A DNA stretch of 64,000 nucleotides from Patescibacteria group bacterium (GTDB taxonomy: Bacteria; Patescibacteriota; JAQUNI01): assembly GCA_028717685.1 (NCBI GenBank), contig JAQUNI010000003.1:64311-128310 (forward strand), in the 5' to 3' direction. Positions 30,632 to 38,984 of the stretch are shown here, one piece after another. The notes below the pieces were generated by a model. It did not search any database. It saw only the letters and a program-made list of their open reading frames with translations, and was not told the DNA's origin. Position 1 is the first letter of the stretch; every line of letters begins with the position of its first letter. Made by a program: the position numbers and the translations under genes.

Positions 30632-31587
30632 TTTATCTCTCTACTACTTTGCGAAGGGTGTTGATTAGATTTAAACCATTCTATGGTTTTTTTGATTCCT
30701 TCTTCCAGGGAATAGCGCGGTTTCCATTTTAATTCTTTTTGGGCGAGACTCGCATCTAAACTTATTCTATCTACTTCACCTGGGCGGCAAGGAAGATATT
30801 GGGGTTTTATCTCACTTTGCAATTCCTTTTTAATTATTTGAAATATTTGTTCTGTGGTAGTCGCTTTTCCCGTGCCAATATTGTAGGTTTTGTTTCGATG
30901 AGAGATCATTGCTTGGATATTAGCTTCCACTATGTCTTCCACGAAAATATAATCCCTTTTATTTTTGCCATAAGCAAAAAGAGAAGGCGCTTCTCCTCGG
31001 ATTAATTTATTAATAAAAATGGCGATCACCCCCGCTTCTCCCAAAGGGTTCTGGCGGGGACCATAGACATTGGCATAACGCAGGGTAATGTAGGGCAATC
31101 CATAGAGCCTATGATAAATCTCTAAATATTTTTCCGCCGTATATTTGGAAATGCCATAGCAAGATAGAGGATTTACAGAGTGTGATTCCGGAACAGGGAT
31201 CTTTATGGGTTCGCCATAGACAGCTCCTCCGCTAGAGGCATAGATAAATTTTTTTATTTTAATTTTCGCCGCTTCTCTAATGATATTCAAGGACCCTAGG
31301 ATATTCACTTTGGCATCATAGATTGGTTTTTGGAGGGATTTATGCACGTCCATTTGGGCCGCCAGGTGAAAAATATAATCTATTTTATACTTGCGAAAGA
31401 TTGGTCTTAAATTTTCGTTAATGTTTTTTTCGTAAAAGACCAGATTTTTATTTGTGAGAGGAAGATTATGGCGGAAGCCCGTGGAAAGGTCGTCTATCAC
31501 TAACACTTTGTGTTTTAATTTTAATAATCTCTTGACTAAATTCGCGCCAATAAAACCTGCCCCTCCAGTAACAAGTACCGTCGGCAT
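30628..31587 (-). CDS. UDP-glucose 4-epimerase-like SDR
   Basis: TGGAGFIG, SSGGAVYG, YGISK, RYANVYGPRQNPLGEAGV. Confidence 0.88.
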   Translation of the reverse strand: MPTVLVTGGAGFIGANLVKRLLKLKHKVLVIDDLSTGFRHNLPLTNKNLVFYEKNINENLRPIFRKYKIDYIFHLAAQMDVHKSLQKPIYDAKVNILGSLNIIREAAKIKIKKFIYASSGGAVYGEPIKIPVPESHSVNPLSCYGISKYTAEKYLEIYHRLYGLPYITLRYANVYGPRQNPLGEAGVIAIFINKLIRGEAPSLFAYGKNKRDYIFVEDIVEANIQAMISHRNKTYNIGTGKATTTEQIFQIIKKELQSEIKPQYLPCRPGEVDRISLDASLAQKELKWKPRYSLEEGIKKTIEWFKSNQHPSQSSREIK

Positions 31588-31791
31588 AAAGTTTGGTTTA
31601 TATATTAAAAAATTGAGCCCTATAGATAAGGTCTTATCTTATTGTAACTGAAAAGAGATAGATTGGTCAAGAATAATAATTTAGTAATTTCTTGCCAAAA
31701 TATAAAAAAATAAGGGAGAAGAATCTTAAAGATATCCTCTCCCTTTTCACTTTTGTGCGGGCCAGCGCCGCCGAAAGAACGGTGGAAAGAT

Positions 31792-32466
31792 TCAAACCTC
31801 ACGACCTAATCCCTCCTCCTTTAACCAAGTAAAAAATTCTATAAATTCTTGCGCATTACACGCATATCGCTTAGCATAATCTTCCAGTACCTCTGATTTT
31901 TCTAAAAAAGCAGATAAGGAATTGATCGGTACCTTGCCATTATCCCCGCGCACCAGACAAGCGATAAAAATTTTTTCATAACAACGAAGCAGGATATCAC
32001 TTGGATTTTGCATAATCCAAGCAGCTAGCGAGGCTTTAGTGAGTTTGCCTTTTTCATAAACTCTGCGCGCAGTGATGCCGCTTGAGACGACATCGTCAAC
32101 AACCGCAATATTTGAATCTTTTGGCGCTTGAAAATCAGCAATCCAGGCTTCGGGATTTTTATAACCAAGACGCTCCGCAGCAATATTGACGCCTTGGGCG
32201 ATTTTTAGAGTGCATCGCATAAACTTGGCTCCTTTGCCTGGCCAAATAATTGTTTGGAATAGCTCTGGTTGCCAAATTTTTAAGAGCAGATCATTTAACA
32301 TGTCTGGAGTCAGTATTTGAGATGGCGCTTTAAGTTCGGGAATGTCGTTGCTAAATCCCAATTGATCCAAGCCGATATCGTCAATAAAGATATTACCTTT
32401 TACCCACCAAAATTCGTTCACCACAAGATTCGGTAGTCTATTTCTCACCTTTTCTTGCCAAGACAT
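31792..32466 (-). CDS. Uncharacterised type I phosphoribosyltransferase-fold protein
   Basis: PRPP loop IAVVDDVVSSGIT; AGGAGG SD before ATG at 32466. Confidence 0.7.
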   Translation of the reverse strand: MSWQEKVRNRLPNLVVNEFWWVKGNIFIDDIGLDQLGFSNDIPELKAPSQILTPDMLNDLLLKIWQPELFQTIIWPGKGAKFMRCTLKIAQGVNIAAERLGYKNPEAWIADFQAPKDSNIAVVDDVVSSGITARRVYEKGKLTKASLAAWIMQNPSDILLRCYEKIFIACLVRGDNGKVPINSLSAFLEKSEVLEDYAKRYACNAQEFIEFFTWLKEEGLGREV

Positions 32467-32479
32467 CTTGATGCCTCCT

Positions 32480-33007
32480 CTAATTTTTTCTGGCAATCTT
32501 CATTGCCAGCTTCACTGTTTCTTGCGCGGATCGCGCAACATAATACGGATATTTTCGCCAATTCTCTAATTGCAAGATTGACAAAAAATCCTCGCCAAAA
32601 CCTTTAATGAATATCAAAGGTTTTTGGTAACGGTAGGCAATCGCGAACTCGGCGAGCGTGCCCGCGTCCCCTGGGATCACGATAATCGCGTCAGAACTTA
32701 AAATTCCGGCGAAAATGTAATCGCCAATGTCAACGGGTGTGCAGATTTCTACCGTAACCCAAGGAACGCTTAAACCCCGTTTGCGACCCGGCGTTCCGAC
32801 CACAATGCCGCTGGCTTGATAAGCGCCGCGACAAGCCGCTTCTACCACGCCCGAGCAGCCGCCGGTAATTAAAATCGCTTTGGCGGCCGCTACTGCGCGA
32901 CCAATTTCTTCCGCGAGAGCCAAGGTTGCCTCTTTTCTTCGGCGCCCGCCTCGCAGGTTTTTTTCTTCCGGTCCAATGATGCCGATTTGAATGTTTCTTT
33001 GCTTCAT
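32480..33007 (-). CDS. LOG/SLOG family protein (TIGR00725-like)
   Basis: IGIIG, LITGGCSGVVEAACRGA, PGDAGTLAE. Confidence 0.85.
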   Translation of the reverse strand: MKQRNIQIGIIGPEEKNLRGGRRRKEATLALAEEIGRAVAAAKAILITGGCSGVVEAACRGAYQASGIVVGTPGRKRGLSVPWVTVEICTPVDIGDYIFAGILSSDAIIVIPGDAGTLAEFAIAYRYQKPLIFIKGFGEDFLSILQLENWRKYPYYVARSAQETVKLAMKIARKN

Positions 33008-33018
33008 ATTTTTCAGTT

Positions 33019-33049
33019 AAATAAAAAATCTCTTCCCTTGCGGGAAGAG
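33019..33049 (-). terminator. Intrinsic terminator (attenuator stem 3:4)
   Basis: CTCTTCCC-GCAA-GGGAAGAG followed by ATTTTTTATTT on the minus strand. Confidence 0.9.
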
Positions 33050-33121
33050 GATGAAATGATTTTTAAAATCCAAATAAAATCAACCCAACCTTTTCCCGTA
33101 AGGAGAAAGATTGTGATGATG
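33019..33121 (-). promoter_or_regulatory. Histidine-codon-dependent transcription attenuator
   Basis: CAT CAT CAC at 33121-33113 followed by mutually exclusive stems 1:2, 2:3 (19/22 paired) and 3:4. Confidence 0.78.
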
Positions 33122-33403
33122 GTTTTTTAATCTTTTTAAAATTAATTGATAGCCACCCTTACCTCTATTGAGCCATTTTGAGACTCGGGCTATTGTGGTA
33201 GAACTTAATCCAGTTTCTCTCTCAATTTTCAGGTAAGGTTTTTTTTCATCCAACATCTGCGCAGCCCGCCATCTTTTTCCGAATTCAATAATTTCTTGCT
33301 CAGTTAAAAGATCGCGCAAAAAATACTTGGCTTCTTGAAGGTTTTTTAAAGCCAAAATCGCTTGGCATAGGTCTTTGGTTGTTTGATTATCCCATTGTGA
33401 CAT
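33080..33403 (-). CDS. TrpR-family repressor YerC/YecD (HisR-like) with C-terminal HHH tail
   Basis: FLRDLLTEQEI, Y.KIERETGLSSTTIARVSKWL..GKGGY; ATG at 33403 lies downstream of the promoter. Confidence 0.9.
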   Translation of the reverse strand: MSQWDNQTTKDLCQAILALKNLQEAKYFLRDLLTEQEIIEFGKRWRAAQMLDEKKPYLKIERETGLSSTTIARVSKWLNRGKGGYQLILKRLKNHHHNLSPYGKRLG

Positions 33404-33409
33404 AATGTT

Positions 33410-33447
33410 TACTTTATTATAGTAAAGCACTTTATCTAAGTAAAGTA
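33410..33447. promoter_or_regulatory. Two tandem 20-bp HisR-type operator palindromes
   Basis: TACTTTA-CTTAGA-TAAAGTG (33447-33428) and TGCTTTA-CTATAA-TAAAGTA (33429-33410). Confidence 0.85.
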
Positions 33448-33471
33448 TAGCAAGGCAAATTTTTTTGTCAA
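33444..33471 (-). promoter_or_regulatory. sigma70 promoter of the hisR-like operon
   Basis: TTGACA-N16-TATACT with extended -10 TG. Confidence 0.8.
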
Positions 33472-33487
33472 GAGATCAAATATCAGA

Positions 33488-33515
33488 TTGAAAATTCTTG
33501 TTTGTATGATATAAT
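33488..33515 (+). promoter_or_regulatory. sigma70 promoter, probably leaderless
   Basis: TTGAAA-N16-TATAAT with extended TG; ATG 6 nt downstream. Confidence 0.65.
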
Positions 33516-33521
33516 AAATTT

Positions 33522-33974
33522 ATGTTAGAAAAATATCAGGAAAAAAGAAATTTTCAAAAAACTCCGGAGCCGCGGGGAAAAGCAGCAAAATCTAAGGACA
33601 ATCGTTTTGTAATCCAGCAACATAGAGCGCGGACTTTACATTATGATGTTCGCCTTGAGGTTGAAGGGGTTTTGAAGTCTTGGGCTGTACCCAAGAATTT
33701 ACCTTTATCATTAGGGGAGAAACATTTAGCGATTAAGACCGAGGATCATCCTGTGCAATACCTTACTTTTGAGGGTATAATCCCCGAAGGGAATTATGGC
33801 GCTGGCGTGGTTCAGATTTGGGACCAGGGTAAGTTTAAACTAGAAAGTCGCGAGCCCCGCAAGCTTGTTTTTTATTTGCGAGGCAAAAAATTGACGGGAA
33901 AGTATGTTTTGGTTAAAATAGGGAAACAGCCAAAAAAGGGTAAAAACTGGCTGGTTTTCAAGATAAAAGCATAA
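33522..33974 (+). CDS. Stand-alone LigD 3'-phosphoesterase domain protein
   Basis: YQEKRNFQKTPEP, FVIQQHRARTLHYDVRLE, SWAVPK, TEDHP, YGAG.V.IWD.G. Confidence 0.93.
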   Translation: MLEKYQEKRNFQKTPEPRGKAAKSKDNRFVIQQHRARTLHYDVRLEVEGVLKSWAVPKNLPLSLGEKHLAIKTEDHPVQYLTFEGIIPEGNYGAGVVQIWDQGKFKLESREPRKLVFYLRGKKLTGKYVLVKIGKQPKKGKNWLVFKIKA

Positions 33975-33981
33975 CTTTTTT

Positions 33982-34839
33982 TTGTTAACTTTTATGTTGC
34001 CATCTAAAATTCGTTTTATCTTCAGAGTTGTTTTTATCGCCTTTTTTGCGGCGATCCTACTTTTTGTTTTATATCAGAATTTTAACCCTTTTGGCGTCCC
34101 GCGATCTTATGACTACGAATTTTCACCTAAGATTAACCATTTTATCAGCCCTTTATTGCCCAAGGAGCGGGTTTCGGAGTATTACCGCGATGCGAAAGGA
34201 GATTGGTATCAAATTTTAAAGGGTCCTTTGGTTTATTTTTCCCTATATCCTGTTGCTAAAGATCGTAAACTTGACCTGATTATAAAATATAAAAGTGAAG
34301 TGCCGGAAATTAGATTTGGCGAAACAGTCTCTGTAGGCGACAATTTAGAATATAAGCCTTATCCTTTTTATAACGCATTTATCCAAAATCTTGACTGGCC
34401 TTGCGTGGAGAACAACGGGGTATTTTTGTATCAGAAAGAGAAGCACTTTAGCTCGGTTCAAGAATATTTGGGCAATGTTCCTTTGGATAAAAATAATGCG
34501 GTTTATTTTTTCGGTGATGAGCGAATTAAAAATGCGAAGAGTCTCACCCATTTTCAGAGCCCTGTAAAGGAGATTGATTATTTAATTACTACTTACAAGA
34601 AGGCCGAGACGACACCCGATGGCTGGCTTGTAACCACCATGCATTTGGATTTATCCAACTCATTTATTCTGCGGCAGTATATAAAATATCTTTTTAGTAT
34701 TCCATTTTTTGAAAATTATGTCGCCTCATCTGGAGAGCTAGCACCCGAGGTAGTGATTACTAATATCAAGGCCGTTGTTTACGAACCCCCTTCTCGTTAC
34801 TTCCTTAAATTGCAAAATTTATTTAGAAATAGGCCTTAA
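33982..34839 (+). CDS. Hypothetical membrane-anchored protein
   Basis: Long ORF with a single N-terminal TM; start may be ATG 33994. Confidence 0.7.
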   Translation: MLTFMLPSKIRFIFRVVFIAFFAAILLFVLYQNFNPFGVPRSYDYEFSPKINHFISPLLPKERVSEYYRDAKGDWYQILKGPLVYFSLYPVAKDRKLDLIIKYKSEVPEIRFGETVSVGDNLEYKPYPFYNAFIQNLDWPCVENNGVFLYQKEKHFSSVQEYLGNVPLDKNNAVYFFGDERIKNAKSLTHFQSPVKEIDYLITTYKKAETTPDGWLVTTMHLDLSNSFILRQYIKYLFSIPFFENYVASSGELAPEVVITNIKAVVYEPPSRYFLKLQNLFRNRP

Positions 34840-34843
34840 TTTT

Positions 34844-35056
34844 ATGAAACTGGAAGTTGGAAAAGCGAAATTATTTTATGCCATAGTGAGCGACTTTTTT
34901 GTGATTAGTTTAGTGGGTTATCTTTTTTTTCTTTGGTTAGATCGCGCGTATAATCAATGCATTAGCAATTATTTTAGTTTAAATATCATTTTAGGTCTTG
35001 TTTTACTATCGGGGATTATGACTGCTGTTTTGAGGGGAATATTGGCGAAAAAATAA
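34844..35056 (+). CDS. Small two-TM membrane protein
   Basis: ATG 4 nt after the upstream stop; two hydrophobic segments. Confidence 0.6.
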   Translation: MKLEVGKAKLFYAIVSDFFVISLVGYLFFLWLDRAYNQCISNYFSLNIILGLVLLSGIMTAVLRGILAKK

Positions 35057-35059
35057 AAT

Positions 35060-35090
35060 AAACGTCCAGCTATGGTGTAGGTGGGCGTTT
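35060..35090. terminator. Hairpin between convergent genes
   Basis: AAACGTCCA...TGGGCGTTT stem. Confidence 0.5.
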
Positions 35091-35305
35091 AAAAATTCCT
35101 TATGACAATTTTTGTTTCTTAAGGGATTTTTTTATTTTTTGATATTTTTTATTTGTCCAAAATGAAAATCATCCAACGCACCAGTCCCTCATTTTTCAAA
35201 AATTCGGGACGGTACAGGGTTTTGCTCCATTAGCCCGCTCGCAACGCCTCGCAAGGCTCGGCTTGCATGGCCGGGCGGGCAACGGGCTTAGAAACCCGTG
35301 GAGCT

Positions 35306-36001
35306 TTATTTTAGATAAATATGCTGGTATTTTTTTATTTTTGCCTGAAGGGTTTTTCTTTCATTTTCCACATCGTCAATATTTTTTAAACCCGTACAGT
35401 TGGGGTAACGGGTGCAGCCATAAAACATATTTCCTCCGTTTTTCCCTTGGCGTTTGCGCATCGGAGCGCCGCAAGCAGGACAAGTAACCTCCTCGGAAAA
35501 ATACAAAACTTTAGCGCTCCACATATCCGCCATATGGAGAATAACCGCCAAAGGTTTCATATTTTTAATGAATTCTTTAAAATCGCTCCAGCCGCCTTCA
35601 GCATAAAGCAGGGCATTAAGCTCATTATCACTAAGGCCAATACCAGCTTTGGCTAACTCATTGAGGGTCCAAACCTCGGCTGGCAATTCAATGTCTGTCC
35701 ATCGCCAAGCATCCTTAATATCTTCCACATAGGTTACGATTTTGGCAAAATCATGGAGGTAGGCGGCGACAATCATCTCTTCTTCCGTAAAATCGGGGTG
35801 AGAATAGGATAGATTATTATAGGGCAGATATTTATTGAGCCTTAGCATTATTTCTAGAATTTCAGTAGTGTGCAGAAGAAGTCCGCCCGTAAAATTATGA
35901 TGATGGGTTTCCGCTGCCGGCGCGCGGTCAAAAGCAGAACGATATTCTTCCGCAAAAGCAGCGAGTTTAGTTTTTTTGAGGTAAGCGTACAAATCAAGCA
36001 T
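35306..36001 (-). CDS. HD-domain protein (YhaM/Cbf1-like) with topoisomerase C4 zinc ribbon
   Basis: APAAETHHH...GGLLLHT, LHDFAK, LHMAD, CPACGAPM...FYGCTRYPNC. Confidence 0.82.
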   Translation of the reverse strand: MLDLYAYLKKTKLAAFAEEYRSAFDRAPAAETHHHNFTGGLLLHTTEILEIMLRLNKYLPYNNLSYSHPDFTEEEMIVAAYLHDFAKIVTYVEDIKDAWRWTDIELPAEVWTLNELAKAGIGLSDNELNALLYAEGGWSDFKEFIKNMKPLAVILHMADMWSAKVLYFSEEVTCPACGAPMRKRQGKNGGNMFYGCTRYPNCTGLKNIDDVENERKTLQAKIKKYQHIYLK

Positions 36002-36117
36002 ATTTTGAGTTATTTTTATAGTGCGGTTTGTGTTGTTTATTTTCCAAAATAGCCGCCTTGGGAATTCACCTTTGGGGTTTTAAGGATAAAGATTAAACTG
36101 AGAAAGATTTATAGAGC

Positions 36118-36597
36118 TTATCTTTTAAAAAGGAAACCTCCCAAGGGGTGATAGCTAAAGATGATAAAACTTATTAGAAAGAAGAGAAAGAGAAGGGTTG
36201 TGACTAAAATTACCGAGCAGTTTGGTTCTTTAGTGCTTAAAAATTGCTCCAAAAATTGAGCGATAATTACAGCAATGGCTATGCTTAAAAATACCGTCGT
36301 AAAACCGCTAGGGGTAATCATAATAAAAACAGCAGTCAAAATAGTGGCGCTGACGATGCCGGCGAGCTTGCCAAAAAAGATATTGTCTCTTTCCGCAAAA
36401 CCTGGAATTAAGAATTCTAAAAGACCATAGATAATCATTGCCCAAAAGACTATTTTAGCGATTTCAAAGATACTGCCATCTTGGGCGCAAAACAGCTTTA
36501 TGCCACCCGCATAGCGCAGAAAGCCAACCAAAAAAAGAATGGCAATCACGGCGATAATTTTATAAAAGAGCAATTGTTTTTTAGAAAGCTTATTCAT
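36118..36597 (-). CDS. Hypothetical membrane protein (DUF6512-like)
   Basis: About 5 TM, S.FE..K..FW pattern. Confidence 0.5.
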   Translation of the reverse strand: MNKLSKKQLLFYKIIAVIAILFLVGFLRYAGGIKLFCAQDGSIFEIAKIVFWAMIIYGLLEFLIPGFAERDNIFFGKLAGIVSATILTAVFIMITPSGFTTVFLSIAIAVIIAQFLEQFLSTKEPNCSVILVTTLLFLFFLISFIIFSYHPLGGFLFKR

Positions 36598-36688
36598 TTG
36601 GATTGACCCTGCCCTCCTCTCTTGGGAATTTAGCGGCTATTCAAGTCTATTAATATTTTAGCAAAGAATTCATTTGTAGGCAATTCCT

Positions 36689-37984
36689 TTATCTCCCAAT
36701 CCCTACATATTTAAAGCCCATTTCTCTAATTTTAGCAGGCTCAAGGATGTTGCGCGCGTCCACAATATTGGGAGTTCTCATTAATCTTTTGATTTTTGTC
36801 CAACTCAAATTTTGAAATTCCGGCCAATCGGTGGCGATGAGCAGGACATCGCTTCCTTTAGCGCAAAGGTAAGGATTACCCGCGTAGCTAATTTTTTTAC
36901 CAAGCGCCTTGCGGGCGTTGTTCGCGGCGATAGGATCATAAGCTTTGATTTTAGCCCCGCGTTTGAAAAGCAAGTTAATAATGTCAATAGCAGGCGATTC
37001 GCGCACATCGTCAGTATGGGATTTGAAGGCGAGACCTAGCACCGCGATTTTTTTGCCTTGGAGTTTACCACCTAAGATATTTTTGATCTTAGCCACAACA
37101 ATTTCCCTTTGGTGTTGATTGATTTGCATTACTGCCTCCAGAAGATTAAACCAGTAACCGCCGGCGCGGGCAAAATAATAGAGAGCAGAGACATCCTTCG
37201 GGAAACAGGAGCCGCCATAGCCAGGGCCCGGGTCTAAAAATTTGTCGCCGATGCGGGAATCTAGACCGATACCCTTGGCCACCATTTTCACATCTGCTTC
37301 GTAATTATCGCAAATATTGGCAATCTCGTTAATAAAAGAGATTTTGAGAGCGAGAAAAGAATTGGCGGCATACTTAATCATTTCTGCCGATTCTAAGTTG
37401 GCAATAACAAGCGGTGCTTTAAATGGGGCATATAGTTTTTTCATTATTTCTATGGCAGGGGCGTTCGGTTTTTCAAATCCTAAAACAATACGATCGGGAT
37501 GGAGGAAATCGGAAATGGCAGTCCCTTCTCTCTGAAATTCAGGATTGGAAACAACATCAAATTTTCCTTTGTAATTTTTCGCGACCATTTCCCTCACCAT
37601 CTTTCCTGTGCCGATCGGCACGGTGCTCTTGTCTACAATTACTTTGTAGTCTTTTAGATTCTTTCCTAAATCGCGCGCGACTTGCAGGACATACCGAAGA
37701 TCCGCTTTGCCGTTTTTATCTTGAGGGGTGCCGACAGCAATGAAAACTATGCTCGCGTCTTTAATGCCTTCGGATAAAGAAGTGGTAAAATTGATTCTGC
37801 CGCTATTTAAGTTTTTTTTGAGCATTTCTGGCAGATGTTCTTCATAGATTGTGGGGATCCCTTTTTTAAGTTTGGTGATCTTGGCTTTGTCAACATCTAC
37901 GCAGGTTACTTTGTGACCTAAGTCAGCAAAGCAAACCCCTACGCCTAAGCCGACGTAACCAGTGCCAATAACAGCGAGTTTCAT
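36689..37984 (-). CDS. ugd: UDP-glucose 6-dehydrogenase
   Basis: GTGYVG, KSTVP.GT, SNPEF, GYGGSCFPKD, DDVRESP. Confidence 0.95.
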   Translation of the reverse strand: MKLAVIGTGYVGLGVGVCFADLGHKVTCVDVDKAKITKLKKGIPTIYEEHLPEMLKKNLNSGRINFTTSLSEGIKDASIVFIAVGTPQDKNGKADLRYVLQVARDLGKNLKDYKVIVDKSTVPIGTGKMVREMVAKNYKGKFDVVSNPEFQREGTAISDFLHPDRIVLGFEKPNAPAIEIMKKLYAPFKAPLVIANLESAEMIKYAANSFLALKISFINEIANICDNYEADVKMVAKGIGLDSRIGDKFLDPGPGYGGSCFPKDVSALYYFARAGGYWFNLLEAVMQINQHQREIVVAKIKNILGGKLQGKKIAVLGLAFKSHTDDVRESPAIDIINLLFKRGAKIKAYDPIAANNARKALGKKISYAGNPYLCAKGSDVLLIATDWPEFQNLSWTKIKRLMRTPNIVDARNILEPAKIREMGFKYVGIGR

Positions 37985-38014
37985 AGTGATGAGATAATTA
38001 AAAATTGAAAATTG

Positions 38015-38908
38015 TTATTTTGATTCATTTAATGCCTTATCCCTGACTAAAGTCGTTGCTCGATATAAGGTTTCCGGGATGCCAGCATCGGTCCACCAGC
38101 CATGCAGTGTTTCGTATTCCATTGTTCCTTCTTTAATGTATTGATTATTCACATCCGTGATTTCAAGCTCTCCCCTGTCGGAAGGTTTTAAGGTTTTAAT
38201 TATTTCATAGACGTAGCTGTCGTACATATAAATACCAGTTACCGCCAGGTTTGATTTTGGTATTTTAGGTTTTTCCTCAATACTAATAATTTTGCCATTT
38301 TTAACTTCAGCCACACCGAAACGTTTAGCATCAGGCACTTCTTTCAAAAAAATCCTTGCTCCTTTTTTTTGATTGCGGAAATTTTCTACCGCCGGACCAA
38401 TATTGTCTTCAAAGATATTGTCACCTAAAATCACAACAACCTTTTGGTCATCGGCGAAATCTTGAGTCAAACCTAAAGCTTCAGCAATACCTCCCGCCCC
38501 TTCTTGATAAGCATATCTTAATTCGCGCAGGCCGAATTCTTTGCCATTGCCTAAAAGACGCAAAAAGTCACCTGGACTATTGCCGCCCGTGACAATCATC
38601 ACTTCCTTGATTCCCGCATTAACTAAAGTCTGCAAAGGATAATAGATCATCGGTTTATTGTAGACAGGGAGGAGATGTTTATTGGTCACCTTGGTGGCAG
38701 GCAGAAGCCTTGTGCCTGTGCCGCCAGCTAAAATAATTCCCTTGACATCTGTTTCTGCTGCGCGTTCCTTTTTTTGCGACCTTAATCTTTCATATTCCTC
38801 AATATCCATCACTACCGTTCGGGGATTTTCTCCCTCAATAATGATGTGAGTTTTACTGGTTGCGCGAGTGAGAGTCGCTATTTTTTGTGAATTTTCTTTG
38901 TTAAGCAT
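38015..38908 (-). CDS. rmlA: Glucose-1-phosphate thymidylyltransferase (SpsI-type) with Phd/YefM-like N-terminal extension
   Basis: GIILAGGTGTRL.P.TKVTNKHLLPVY, PSDRGELEITDVN; about 50 extra N-terminal residues. Confidence 0.9.
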   Translation of the reverse strand: MLNKENSQKIATLTRATSKTHIIIEGENPRTVVMDIEEYERLRSQKKERAAETDVKGIILAGGTGTRLLPATKVTNKHLLPVYNKPMIYYPLQTLVNAGIKEVMIVTGGNSPGDFLRLLGNGKEFGLRELRYAYQEGAGGIAEALGLTQDFADDQKVVVILGDNIFEDNIGPAVENFRNQKKGARIFLKEVPDAKRFGVAEVKNGKIISIEEKPKIPKSNLAVTGIYMYDSYVYEIIKTLKPSDRGELEITDVNNQYIKEGTMEYETLHGWWTDAGIPETLYRATTLVRDKALNESK

Positions 38909-38914
38909 AAATTT

Positions 38915-38984
38915 TAGTAATCAGTAATCAGTAATTAGTAATCAGGGAATTTATCCTTTTACCGATTACCGATTACCGATTACG
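38915..38984. repeat. Inverted heptamer tandem array (AGTAATC)n...(GATTACC)n
   Basis: Direct reading of the sequence. Confidence 0.85.

Noticed and set aside
31620-31802. 60-aa ORF after the PRTase as a third operon gene
   Set aside because: No motif or convincing start, and it spans the probable promoter region of the next gene
33404-33430. GTG start of the hisR-like ORF from the track
   Set aside because: It lies within the operators; ATG 33403 fits the family length
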